From NCBI RefSeq assembly GCF_009914755.1, contig NC_060939.1: DNA of 64,000 nucleotides; one strand, written 5' to 3'. Made by a program: the position numbers and the translations under genes. Numbering within the stretch: the stretch's first letter is position 1; the number at the start of each line of letters is the position of its first letter. Positions 1-14,005 of this stretch are shown piece after piece. Below the pieces are notes generated by a model. The model was not told the DNA's origin, ran no database searches, and saw nothing but the letters and a program-made list of their open reading frames with translations. Origin of the DNA: the human T2T-CHM13v2.0 reference genome, Homo sapiens.

Positions 1-150
<150 letters not shown>

Positions 151-1679
151 ACAATAGTGGGAGGAAATTATGTGGAGAAAGTTTTTGTGTTTTTTGCTTC
201 TTTTCAAAGTATGGATGAGATATGCCCAGGATGGTGGTGGTAGATATTGTGATTATTTCTACTCTCAATTCTGTAGTTATAATATCCAGAATAAGTATGG
301 TTTGATGAGCGTTTCAAAACAACCACTTTGGCTATCAAGTGAAAAGTAGATTGTAGAGCAACAGAAGTGGCAGTAGGCTAACTACAGGACTTTTGCAGCT
401 CTTCAGAGAAGTAGTTTGGATTTCATGGTAGCAGTAGATGTAGAGGGATATAGGCAAACTTGGGATATATTTTGGAAGTAGAGTCTGTAGTGGTACTAAT
501 TAAAATAGTCATGTAGATAAACTGTTTCTTACTGTTTCAGGACAAGATGAGTCTATGCCAGATGTAAGTCACCACACTCATTTACTGATTTCTTCCTTGA
601 GGATTTTTTGTTGTTAAAAAATTTTTGTGGTTGATCTGCATTCTGTCTTAAACTCTTTATTTCATTGTGGATTATTAACAGTTGGTCCACGGGCCACACT
701 TTAAGCAACGTCAATCTCTAGTATCCATCTTAGAGGCAAACCATGATCTATTTAACCAGTCTCTTACTATTGGGTAGATGGTTAACCCTCACATCATCTT
801 TTTTTTAGTATTAGGAATAAGTAATATTGCCATGAAATGCTTGTTTCTATAATTATGTGTATATATCTTATGCTTTCTTTAGGATAATTCCTGGAAATAG
901 AGTAAGGATTTTGGAACATAATGACAAATTGTTCTCCATTTTACACACTTGCAGAGCCACATTTTTACCAGTATGAATTCTTTTTTCAAAAAAATCTTTG
1001 CTAATTTGGATGACAAATAGCAAGTTGTTATATGAATATGTACTTATTTGATTACTAGTAAGAATATTTTAAATGTATTTTTTGGAATTGATACATCCAC
1101 CTTTGCCATTTTTAATGCTCTTGGATCATTTTTACTTTGGGGTGTAAGTACCATTTACATTAAGGTTATTTACTCTTTGTACAATGAAAATATTTTTCCT
1201 CTGTTTTAAAAATGGATTTTGGTATTTTTGCATCATGTAGAAATTGTCCTTTTTTATAGACTCTCCTAGCAGTATAGTTACTTGGGAGGTGTAGTTGGTC
1301 AAGCCTTGCTGCCTCCCTGCTTCCATCTCTAAAGAGGTTGCCCTTTGGTGGTAAGGGCAGTTCACTATTGTGAACTTGCTGGGGTAAAAGGTTTTGGTGT
1401 GAGGAACTTAGGAGTTAAAAACTCTTCTGTAAGGGAAATGTATATGAGTGATGGATGATATTAAGAGGTTATTTTTAAATTTTGTTAGGTGTGAAAATGG
1501 AATTGTGGTTGAGTAGAAAAATCTGCATACACACATAGATGTATTTAGGGGTGAAAAATGTGAGGGATTTTCTTGAAAATACTATAGTCAAAAAGATAGA
1601 CATAGCAAATGTATCAACATTTAAAAAATTTTTGATTTGAGTGATGGGTTTATGAGTGTTCTTAACACTTTTAAAATTT

Positions 1680-1800
1680 TATTTTAAAGAAATGGGGTCT
1701 CGCTGTGTTGCCCAGGCTGGACTAGAACTCCTGGGCTCAAACGATCCACGTATGTCAGCCCCTACCGAATAGCTGGCATTACAGGAGCACTGTGCTTGGC
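1680..1800 (-). mobile_element. FLAM / Alu monomer
   Basis: Antisense gggtctcgctgtgttgcccaggctgg...attacagg. Confidence 0.8.
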
Positions 1801-1829
1801 TTCTTAATACTATTCATTATTTTTGTGGG

Positions 1830-2132
1830 GTTTTTTTTGTTTTGTTTTGGAGTCAGAGTTTCGCTCTTGTCACCCAGGCTGGTGTGCAATGGCATGATCT
1901 TGGCTCTGCAACCTCTACCTCCCAGGTTCAAGTGATCCTCCTGCCTCAGCCTCCCAAGTAGCTGGGACTACAGGCACCCACCACCACACCTGGCTAATTT
2001 TTGTATTTTTAGTAGAGACGAGGTTTCACTATGTTGGCCAGGCTGGTCTCAAACTCCTGACCTCAAGTGATCTGCCCACCTTGGCCTCACAAAGTGCTGG
2101 AATTACAGGCATATGAGCCACTATGCGTGGCC
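1830..2132 (-). mobile_element. Alu (S-like)
   Basis: Full antisense dimer with T-rich tail. Confidence 0.93.
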
Positions 2133-2183
2133 AGTGTGTATGTTTCGAAAAGGCTCTTGGGTCTCTGGAGAACTTTGGGGGAG

Positions 2184-2222
2184 TTTTTTTTTGGTTTTTT
2201 TTTTTTTTTTTTTTTTTTTTTT
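2184..2222. repeat. Poly(T) tract with one gg interruption
   Basis: Read directly from the sequence. Confidence 0.9.
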
Positions 2223-2574
2223 GGCTTCCTGTGACTAGGATTCTCTTCTTAGTCTCTCTTCTGGCACTTTGCAGGCCGGGTGGTTGGTGATCTACATTAC
2301 AAATGGAGCCACCAGTAAAGTCAGAAATGAGTCAAAGAAGGAGGTTTATGGTTGCCCCTTTATTTAAATGATCATGGTCATTGGCAAATAATAGGTATTC
2401 TCTCTTAGGCACAAGATTACTAATCTTCTCAATTCTCTGTCTGTGTTTATTTTTTATGTGATCTGTCTGCCAAAGAAGGAGAGTAGTGTTTTGAAGTCCT
2501 TCAATCACAGTTGTGGTTTTGGCGAGTTTTTCCTCATACTTCTCACAGCTCTGGGCATTAAGAAAACAACAAGG

Positions 2575-2882
<308 letters not shown>

Positions 2883-3218
2883 TTAATTTTGAAATAATTT
2901 TAGACTTAGAGAAAATTTACCAAAAAAAGTACAAAGAATTCCTGCGTAGTCTCTACCCAGATTGCCCAAATGTTATTAATATTTTACCATGGGCTTCTAT
3001 TTATTGCCTGTATGTATCCATATTATTATTATTTTCTTAATCATTTAAAGTAAGTTGCATACCCGATGCCCCTTTACATCCCTTCAGTGTGTTAATTTCT
3101 AAAAATAAGGACATTCTCTATTATCAATACTGTTACCAAGATCATCAAATTAACATTGTTACAGTATTGTTAGTACCACAGACCTTATTCATGTTGTCCC
3201 ACTAATTTCCTTTGTAGC

Positions 3219-3872
3219 TGCTATGGTCTCAATGTTCGTATTCTCCCAAAATTCTTGTTGAAACCTAATCACTAATGCAATGGTATTAAGAGGTGGGGCC
3301 TTTGGGAGATGATTAGGTCATGGGGGCAGAGACCTTGTAAATGGGATTAGTTCCCTTAAAAAAGAAGATTGAGGGAGCTTGTTCTCCTGTCCGCCTTGTA
3401 AGAACACATAGCAGGTGCCATCTATGAAGAGTAGGCCCTCACCAGACACTGATCTTGGACCTCCCACCCTCCAGAACTGTGAGAAATAAATTTCTGTTTA
3501 TAAATTGTCCAAGCCTGGTGTGGTGGCTCACACCTGTAGTCTCAGCAATTTGGGAAGCTGAGGTGGGAGGATTGCTTGAAGCCAGGAGTTCAAGACCAGC
3601 CTAGGTGACATAATGTGACCCCATCTCTAAAGACAAATTAAAAATTTAGCTGGGCATGGTGGCCTTTGCCCGTAGTCCTAGCTACTGGGGTTGGGGGTGG
3701 TGGTAGTGCAGAGGTGGGAGGATTGCTTGTGCCCAGGAATTCAAGGATGCAGTGAGCTATGATCGTGCCACTGCACTCCAGCCTGGGCAACTGAGCAGTA
3801 CCCTGGCTCTTAAAAAAAAAAAGTTACCTAGTCTAAGGTATTTTGTTATAGCAGCTCAAACTGACTAAGACA
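3219..3872 (+). mobile_element. MaLR solo LTR (MLT1A/MST-like), interrupted by an AluJ at ~3512-3822
   Basis: Starts tgctatggtctcaatg, contains aataaa, and ends ttgttatagcagc...actaagaca (TG...CA termini). Confidence 0.85.
3512..3822 (+). mobile_element. AluJ
   Basis: Diverged Alu dimer with A-tail inside the LTR. Confidence 0.9.
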
Positions 3873-4727
3873 ACAGCAGAAGAAAAAAAAATACTGTTAC
3901 TTTCTGATCTCATATCCAATCCAGGATCACACATTGAATTATCATGTCTCTCTAGTCTTCAGCCTGAGGCAATTCTTAAGTACCTGTCCATTGAGATCTA
4001 GATGTTTTTGAAGAGTACGGAACAGTTATTTTGTAGGATTTTCCTTATGTTTGCTTTGTCTCCTGTTTTCTTGTGATAGATTCAGGCTGTGCACGTTTGG
4101 CGGGAATACCACAAAAGGGAGGTTGCGTGTCCTCCTTACTGCATCATATCAGAAGGCACATTCCATCTGTTTGTTCCATTACTGGTGATTTTCACTGTGA
4201 TCACTTAAGGTGGTGCCTGCCAGGTTTCCTTAGTATTTTCTGCTTTGAAATGAATAAATATCTTATGGGGAAGTATTTTAAGACTATATACAAATTCTCT
4301 TAATCATTAAGCTTTCACCAACTAGTTTTAACATTCATTGGTCATTTTTGTCTGAAATAGCTAATACCACGGATAGTTGCCAAATGGTGAATTTTAACTC
4401 ATGGGTAGCATGTTTTGACAGCTTGTTATTCAGCCATTTGGGGTTTGTCTTAGTTCTTTTCAGCTGAGATGTACAGCAGCTTTGTAGAAAAGGGCAGCTA
4501 GATCTCAGCATTGGTCCAAAGACATGGGTGCTTCACATTTTGTTATATCTGTTTGGACAGGACCTGGATGGGTCGAGTTCTCACCCATGCTGGACGGGGC
4601 ACCCTGCCTCTGCCTGTCTGCTCTTCTCTAGCTCTAGCACCAGTCCACCCAGGCAGCTTTGTCTGGGTATTGGAAGTGTTTTTTTTTTTTTTGTAATGTC
4701 TGACATAGATCATATTAACTAGAATAA

Positions 4728-5100
<373 letters not shown>

Positions 5101-6299
5101 AGATTTATATCTAATGGGATCAAGAGAATATTTATTTTGTTGAATGGAAGATGAAGATATATGAACATGTTTACATGCTAAAGGGACAGAGTCAGTAGGA
5201 GAGATTAACGATCAAGACAGAGGGGACTGTTAAGGGAGTTTCCCTGAAAAGGTAGACCTAGGTAATGGGGTTAGCTCTTGGCAAGAGAACGGACACTCAG
5301 GAGGAAGTTGGAAGGAATGAAGGGAAGGGAACATTACTGTTTTTCAGGTTATGAGTAGGCAAACATTTGAAGGAGTTGTTCCCTAATTGCCTCATTTTGC
5401 TTTGTGAAATAGGAGTGAGATTATGTCCTAAGAGTTAGCAGGTACACGTCTTGAGGACGTCGCTGAATAGGGAAAGTGTTGTGGGGAATAAGAGCATTGT
5501 CTGGGGTTCACCAAAGGATTTCTAGGCTTCTGGTGGTAGAGACCATGAATTCTTGGTGGCCTCAGTCTGCAAGGCTCTGTTATTTTTCTCCCGCAGTGGT
5601 TATCAGCTCAGGTGGAGAAGCATAGGAAATAATTGGGTTGGTTGGGGATGGGGCTTTGCCACATATTGTGGTGGGAAGGCCAGGGAGGTAGGAGAACAGA
5701 GAGTGGGACAAGAGGGTTGGACTTTGTTTGGAGACGTGGTTTATGACTCCATGGTGGTCTATACAGAATTGGGGAGGTGGGATTGGAGAGAGGGTAAAAG
5801 AGTGAATGTCTTGAGAAGGTCAGAGAATTATTGGAGGAGGAATTAGGTTCAAGATTGCTGCAGCATAGGAATATTAGAGAGTAGAATATTGGAGTTTAGC
5901 ATTTTCATCATGGGACAGTTCTGGCTGATGAGGGGCTGGAGTGGAGCAGGGTAAGGTGAAGATCACTGGGTTGTGAGAAAACTTGAAATTGGTGGATGGG
6001 TTATTTATGTGGACATTGACACCACCAGGTTGATGGGAGGACATTGGTGGAGGGGGGATGACAGTGTTCCAAGTGTTCAGGGAAGGAGGGAGAGTTGAGC
6101 AGGAATGAAGTATTGAGGCCAGATGGCATGAACACACTTAAAAGATGGCATTTTGGTTGCCAAGGGATCAGGGATGGTTTGGACCTGGAGGTTTGGTGGA
6201 ACTGGCTGTCCACAGCCTCCAAAGATGTCTTGATGCTACGAAGAGTGGAATTTGCTCAGATTTCCAAAAAAAAGTTGGTCATTGGGCCTTTGCTTGTAT

Positions 6300-6590
6300 T
6301 TCTTCTTCCTGTAGCTCCCTTGCCTACCTTCTCTACCTGGCTAACTCCTGCTGGCCCTTTAAGACTGAGCTCTGAGATCACCTCTTCCGGGAAATCTTTC
6401 TTGAACCCTCTGATCCGTCTATCTGTCCCTATGTTCCTTATGCTTATCTCTAACTTAGCAGGTATCATACCATATCGTCTGCTGTCCTTCCCTCCCCTAG
6501 ACCATAACTTCCTTGATGAAAGCAGGGACTGTATCTTTGCATCCCTGGCACAGTACCTGGCATATATTTGGTTGAACTATATGAAATTGC
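6300..6590 (+). mobile_element. L2 3' end fragment
   Basis: cctggctaactcc...cacctcttcc...gcagggactgt...gcacagtacctggcata resembles the L2 3' end. Confidence 0.65.
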
Positions 6591-8377
6591 CATTTAAGAA
6601 GTGAATTTGGTCTAGTTTGTAATTTCTCTCCTTAATAGGTGACTTTCTTTTGTCAGCTCATCTTGAATCTTTTTCTGAAGTTACAAGCCCCTTTCTTAGT
6701 TTGGCCTTAGCCAAGTTCCATGCAGGTTGTTTCTCTTTTAGTGACCAACTAATTTCTATGTGGGCCAGTCAGTCTTTCATCTTGCTTAGGCTTTTTTTTT
6801 TTCTTTTCACCCTCTATTACTCCTACTGCGTAGGCTTTTTGTTACATTAACTTCCCTTTTGCTTTTCTCTACCCTCAGCAGAGGGGGTCAAAAGAAACTT
6901 CTTTGTTCTTAGTCTTCCTTAGCTGCCCAAAATTTCCCAGTAGTTTGCCCATGCATTTCATTCCCCTATTGACTCTTACTGAGTGACCTATGTGCCAGGC
7001 AAAAATTCGGACTTGTTTATTCTAGTTTCTCTGCTTCTAGTGTGTCTCATGCTGGTGTTTGTTGGCTCAGATGTGTTAATGGGGCTGCCGCTGCTGTTGT
7101 GGTTGTTAGTCATTCTTTTGAACAGCGGCTTTAGCTTACCAATGCTCCAGATACAGTTTTTCAGAAACTCAATGATCTGTGTGCATTACACATTAAAAAG
7201 TGCATTGAACAACAGCATATCCAGATTAAAAACAAACAAATTAGATTTATCTGGTGTTTTTCCATTATGGGTTGGAGCAAACATGCTGTGTATAAATCAG
7301 ATAAACCTTTTCTTTCACTGTTTCAGACTGAGAATTGTTTGTTCTTGCTTTTGTGGTCACCAAGAATGTAATATAACTATGCTCTTCACATCCTAAGGCC
7401 ACCATAAGTCCTGGATCAGACCTGTTTTTTTGAAGTCACCTGAATTCTGACTTGAGGCTCCCCCAACCCTTACTCCCACTACCCCTTTGAACTGGATCAC
7501 TTTGCTTTTAAGGGGCACTCCCTTGAAGCCAGTTCCCTGAAGTGACCTACTTTCTTGAGGTGCTTGAAGAGCTTCCCTTTCATTTGGGAGGTTTCCTCAG
7601 TGCCCCCATTCCCAGGCGTTTTTTCCTGGGAGTCCTGTCCTATTCATGAATTTCCTGTTTTTTCCAGGGGGGTGGGTAGGGGGTGTGGGGGCAGGCAGTA
7701 CTATGTTATTATCGTAACTAGTGACATTTAAAGAAAGAAACCCAAAGCCCAGTTAACCAATTACACTTAAATTCTCTGGGCCCAGGCCTGCTGGATGCTC
7801 TCCATCTACCAGAAATGCTTCTTATCATCCCCCCTCTTTTTTAGACTGCTAATCCTTAACAGATTAATCTGAGTTTATATTTAGATGAAAGTTATTCATT
7901 AATAGAAAAACCTGAAACTGTAGTGAGGGCTGACAGTGTTTAAGTGGATAGAGGTACATAGGCCACCTTTAGACCAAAAAGTCTTTGTAAGGCACTGGAG
8001 TCTTTAAGTGTCTGCTTTGGCACAAGGACATCAGGTTATCCTTAGGAAGCCAGGAACACCTTGAGACTCGGGCCAGAACAATGTGGCCCACCTTTGAGCT
8101 TCAGGTTTGGTCCCAGTGAGTCTCACGCCTTTTTGATGCTGACCATATATATGGGGCAAAACACTCTGTAATCTGCTTTACCCCACTACACCCATCCCAT
8201 CCATCCCTAGTTGCAAAAATTTCAACTTGTATGAATATGCACAGATTCAGTAGTGGAAACTCAGCACTGTTGAGTGCCAGGCTTCAAATATGGAATTAGT
8301 GACCTCTGAACCCGTGTTTGTCAAACTGCCTGCTAATGGGTCATGACATCAGTTTAGCAGATTATGCCTAGCACTAT

Positions 8378-8912
8378 TGTTCCAGTTAAATTGCTGTGAA
8401 ACAAACCACCCCAAACTTAGTGACATTAAACAGTAACCGTTTATTATGCTCATGGATTCTGTGGCTCAGGAATTGGACAGGGTACAATGGGAGGTGGCTT
8501 GTCTTTGTTCCATGATGGCTGGGGGTTGGGATCATTTGGGGGCTCCTTTACTCCACATCTGATGTCTGGGCTGGGGTGCCTTGAAGGCTAGTGGAATCAG
8601 CTGGGACCAATGACCAGAACACCTACATGTAGACTCTCCATGTGGTCTGGGCTTCTCACAGTGTGGTGGCTGGGTTCCAAGAGAGAGGTTCCCCAGAGGA
8701 AGCATTTAGAGAGCCAGTGTTCCAAAAGAACAAGGACATTTGATAACCTTGCCTCTGAAGTTACATGGCATCACTTCTGTTCCGGATTTGTGGATGCTAT
8801 CTCAAGCCTGCACAGATTCAAGGGAGGTGGAGATAGAGAGATGGAGATCTATATCCCCATCTCTCAATGGGTAGAGAGTCAAAAGATTTGTGGCTGTTTT
8901 TAAAACTACTAC
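8378..8912 (-). mobile_element. Old MaLR LTR (MLT1-type)
   Basis: ttgctgtgaaacaaaccaccccaaacttagtgac...ggattctgtggctcaggaatt...catcacttctg, typical of antisense MLT1. Confidence 0.75.
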
Positions 8913-8934
8913 AAGTTCATTTTAAAACAAGATA

Positions 8935-9055
8935 GATGCTTGAGCCCAAAAGTTTGAGGCTGCAGTGAACTATGATCATACCACTGCATTCCAGCCTGGC
9001 CCTGTCTCAAAACAAAAAACAAAACAAAACAAAAAAACTAAATTTAAAAAATAAA
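8935..9055 (+). mobile_element. Alu 3' fragment (FRAM/AluJ)
   Basis: gcttgagccc...gcagtgaactatgatc...ccagcctgg followed by A-rich tail. Confidence 0.8.
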
Positions 9056-10454
9056 ACAAGTTAGAATATAGAACAACAGAGTGCCTCATGTAGTCAAAAA
9101 AGGCATTGTGAAACTTGTGTTTCAGTTATGTGTGTCTGTGTGTTCTGGTTTATGAGGTAACGTTTTTCTTTCTGTGGTCTACAAAAACATTTTTTAAAAC
9201 ACTGCTTAACTGTAGTAACATCTAATTTGGTTTATGAACACCAAATTTTATCTCTTAATACCTCAGTTAATAGGTTACTATTGTGTGGTTCTTTGTTATA
9301 AAGATGAGAACCTAAGGAATTGATTGTCCTTTGCCTGTAAGAACAAAAAGTCCTTTGGGACCTGTTTTCTTTGCCCTCCAGGACTCCCTGAAGGCCTTGT
9401 TGGACTGTGGACCAGACTTGGAGAGTCAGTGTGCTGCAGAATGGGCTGTGGTCTGGGCCAGGAGTCAAAACTTCCTTAAAGTTTTAGTCCAATCTTTGCC
9501 AGTCAGTTTCCTAGAGTAGCAAACAAATGTGAAATGAAGAGGACATACTTCTTTTTAGAGACAGTCAGAAAATATTTAGCCATCTGGAAGCCCAAGAACT
9601 ATTCATAATAATAAAGAGACAGCTACCTCGCCTGAGCAAGGTGGTGTCTGTGGTAAAGCAATCTCAGGAAAGGCTTTCTACCTTCAGTGTTGAAATCAAA
9701 AGGAAATACTGAGATTGGGGTCTGCAAGAAAAGACATGCTATGTGTGTTGCCAAAACAATCTGCCTTCCTCCCCTTGCTGTGACTTACTGCGTTTAGTTA
9801 TTCCTACCCTTTCAAGGAAATGTGCAAAGATGACTGAGCAATGGCATTTACTGTCATCTTATAAAACACTGCATTGCAAAACAATTTTTGGGAATAGTGC
9901 GATTAAATGGTAAATTTTGCTCACGTATGTTAGGAAATTTACACAATTCTGTGCTTTTATTTCTTCTTATTAAAATGAGACATGTTTATTCTAGAAAACT
10001 AGAAAATACAGATAACTGTTATTTTACCACGTAGAGGAGGGTATTATTTACCACTGATTTTTTTTTGGTTGCATATCCTTCCTGTCATTTTTCTGATATG
10101 TATACATTTTAAAAAACAAATGGGCTGTTGCAGTACACTGTTCTGAAATCTACTTTTTAAACTTAGATGAACACATTCCATGTCAATTAATGTACTTCTA
10201 TTATAAAAACTTCATAGTGTTACATTGTATAGAGATAGTATTTGAACGCTTAACGTTGCTGGCAACATTTAACTGTGGTAAACGATGCTGTGGTGAACAT
10301 CTATTAATATATAACTAAATCTTTTTTGTAATCATGATTCCTAAAATTTTTTAAAAATCTTTTTTGAATATATATGTACATGGTACACAATGTTATGATT
10401 TTCCTTAGGAGATACCTATGTAATTTGATCTGCTAAATCACAGAGCATGAACCT

Positions 10455-10771
<317 letters not shown>

Positions 10772-12829
10772 TGAAAACAAAAAATTTTTGTGCTGCTAAA
10801 TTGTCCTTCCCAAATGTACCAGTTTATACTCCTACAAAAGTGTTATCTATTCCTTGTATTTCGCAATTTGATAGAGAAAAAAGTCACTTGCTTTCTTAGT
10901 TGGGTGATTTATTTGCATTTTAACTTCTTTAGCATTTTACCTCTGAAAATCTTGCCTGTTTTTTAATCCTCATCTCAAATACCTCCCACCCGACCCCTCC
11001 CTAGCACCTCCCAGCACAATGAAGACTTCCCATCTGCTCTGTCTTGTGGATTTTTCTTGTCCTTTCCAATCACCTGTGGTTTACTTGAGAGCATTAAGCA
11101 CTGTGTCTAACTCACTTTTTAATCTTCTTTTGCATGCAGCATATTTCATTGCATATGTTTAAGACTCAGTAAATATTGAGTTAAATTGCAGTCCAACAAA
11201 AAGGATTGATGGCAGCACAAAGTAATCTGTCGAGAGAGAGAAATGTAAAGAAAAGAAATGTTCGTCAAGCTGAAGACCATGTGAAGCTACTTTGGAGAGG
11301 GCATTTAGTATTTCATTTAGGAATTCTTATTTGCCTGTAGTAAAAAAAGAAAGGCCTCTCCTTTTTTTTGAACCATTTTTATTTATAGCTAATACTTCCA
11401 TTAGGCAGCCCAGCCCTGAAATTCTTGTTTAATAATAGCCGATGTTTTGTCAATATTCTTATGTTAACCGTAGGTAGTAGGATCCTCTGAAGCCAGGACT
11501 ATTTTTTTAATGACCCAACTTATTGTTAAAATATATTTTCTCAATAAGTTAGTGTTGGCTACCGTCGGAAACTTACATCTCTTTCCTGTTTTCAATGCCT
11601 TTCCCTTCTGCCATTGTATTTGGTTCAGACCCCTTCAGATCTGTTTTGTCCTCACGGGTCTTTTTTTTTTTTTTTTAATGACTTTATTTAAACTTGGAGC
11701 ATCAGTCACAAATATGCAGAGACAATGCTATTTTCTACTGAAGGCTTTTGTCTGAGCTTATTACCTCTCTTATGTTTGCCTTATATCCATCTTCTTCCCA
11801 AATATACATTTTACTTCTATTTATTTCTTTTCTACATGAATTTGTATATATGTGGCGCTGAGTGAAATTACAAGAAAATGCAATGGTAACACACAGTTTA
11901 TAAAACCCTGGAGATAGAAACATTTTCTGGTGCCTGACACTGCTGGACTGGACCCTTTTCTGAAGCTGCACATTCTGCCATTATTCATCTCTGAGTGTTA
12001 GATGGTATCAGTTAGGACCCTTCAGCTGCAACTAACAGCATTCAGAACTAAAAAGCAACTTACTTTTCTCACATAAGAAGTCTAGAGTCTGGAAGTCAAG
12101 TGTCACTCATATGACAATGTCTAAGGCAGGTGGGAAGGGGGACACTCTTTTAACTGGGAGAAAGAAGTCTCCACCTCTCCCCAGCGGGCTGCCCCTCAGG
12201 TCCCACTGACCAGGGGTTCTGTGTGCGTCTGCTCTGTTCTAAAGAGGGTTGCAGAAGGAACATCTAGTGGCTTCCACTGCTGTCAAGGGAAAAATGATGT
12301 TGAGAATGTGACCAACAGGTGCTGTTAGAGGCATAATTCTCACTTGCATTGAGCTCCAACCTCCCTTTGGTTACTTCCATAGGTCAGCTCTAGCTGTACT
12401 CTAAATTAGAGTCCCACAACCATTTTATTTCTCTTTCTTTTTGTAAATTCCTAGAAGTGTTGAAAACAGAGGGTATGATTCTGCCTGAGTTTTGTCTCCT
12501 GCTTGTGGAATACCTTCAGTTCCTGGAACCTGAGGTTGTGTCTTGCCCCCGTAGCCTCCATTGAATCTGGCCCAGTTTGGTATGATCTCCTAGCCACAGC
12601 CTCTTTGTCTCCCAGCCACAGTCACTAGTTTCCTTTTCCTGTGAGAAGTGAGAATTAGTCACTCACTTCCAGTGCTAAGCATAATCAGAGTGAGGAATGT
12701 AGGAGCAGCTCTAAAAACCTGAGAGCTATTGGTGTCTGGAATTAGTTTTATTGTTTTTACCTGGTATTTGTTCCTGGGCACTTAAGTGCTTGCCTGGCTG
12801 CAGCACTGTTAATTGATGAGACCCAACTA

Positions 12830-13300
12830 GGCCCTCTGTCATCTGACCCTGACCCCTCTGCAGCCTCATCTACTGTGGAATCCTCCATTTCAACCATACT
12901 TAGTCATTTACTATTCCTTAACATGCTTGGTGGCTTCACACTTCCATGCCTTTTTGCACATAATATTTTCTCTTTCTAGAATGTTCATGTCCCTCTTCTT
13001 ATCTGGCAGAGCCCTACTTTTCCTTCAAGATTTAACCTCAGCAGGCATCACTCCACTCCTTTGGAAAACTTTTGTGATTTTTCCCTTGGACAGAGTTAAT
13101 CAGTTACTTTTCAGTCACACTCTCTACAAGTTCCTGTTGTTAAACATTCACAAAGTGTTGTAATTATCTGTTTATATTTTTATATCCTTCTATATTTAGC
13201 TTCTGGAAGATGGGATTTATGTTTTTATTTCTATAACATCAGTACTCAGTATACGTTTAGCGCATAAAAGGTGCTTTGTAAATGTTGAAATGAATAAATG
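12830..13300 (+). mobile_element. L2 3' region
   Basis: Ends gtaaatgttgaaatgaataaatga, similar to the L2 tail. Confidence 0.6.
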
Positions 13301-13819
13301 ACAATTTTACATCTAAACCTGCTGATTAATACCAACTTCATATCCTTCTTGTAAGAAATCTGTATATATTAGAAGATTATAAATTATAAAATACACAAGC
13401 TACTATGTTATCTAAAACTGAATCTGATAGCCCGTCACATTTCTTATTTGGCAGACTAGACTGAGGCCTGGAGTGGATAAGTGACTAGCCTAGGCCACAT
13501 AATGATGAGAGGCAGAGATAAGACTAGACTTCTATGTCTTTGTCTCTCACATAGCTTGTCTTGTAGTTTCTATAACACCATCTTACCAGATAGGTGAGGG
13601 AGATTTGGGATTAGCATCATCTGTGTGCCGTCAAAAACCCTGCCATTGCTCTCCTCGCCTGTATGCTTTTGTTCACGTGGACCTTTGGCTCTCTGCTTGC
13701 CTGAGTCCTGCCCTGTTGCTCCAGACCTACCCTGATTCTTGCCTTTTCTGACCATCTCAGTCAGAATCACTTAAACCATCTTCTGAGTTTCCATAGCTGT
13801 TTATAGCACACGCAGCAAT

Positions 13820-14005
13820 ACCATGCAGTGACTGAGTACAGCCCTCAGTCCACACCCCTGCTTCCTAGCTGTGTGACTGACAAGTAGATTAACCTCTCTG
13901 TTTCCAAATCTATAATTAGGAATAATAATAACAGTTCCTACTTTATAGAGTTGATGTGTGAGGATTAAGATGTTCTGTGGTACATAGTAAACATCCAAAT
14001 GTTAC
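13820..14005 (+). mobile_element. MIR
   Basis: ctagctgtgtgac...taacctctctgtttcc...ctataa...gtgaggattaa core. Confidence 0.75.

Noticed and set aside
6095-6604. 169-aa ORF on the + strand
   Set aside because: It starts at TTG, the 3' part overlaps an L2 fossil, and I see no recognisable domain or splice support.
6983-7396. 137-aa hydrophobic ORF resembling a membrane protein
   Set aside because: GTG start; the hydrophobicity reflects T-rich intronic DNA; no homology recognised.
11342-11369. A-run/T-run hairpin resembling an intrinsic terminator
   Set aside because: Low-complexity pairing in eukaryotic intron DNA is expected by chance.
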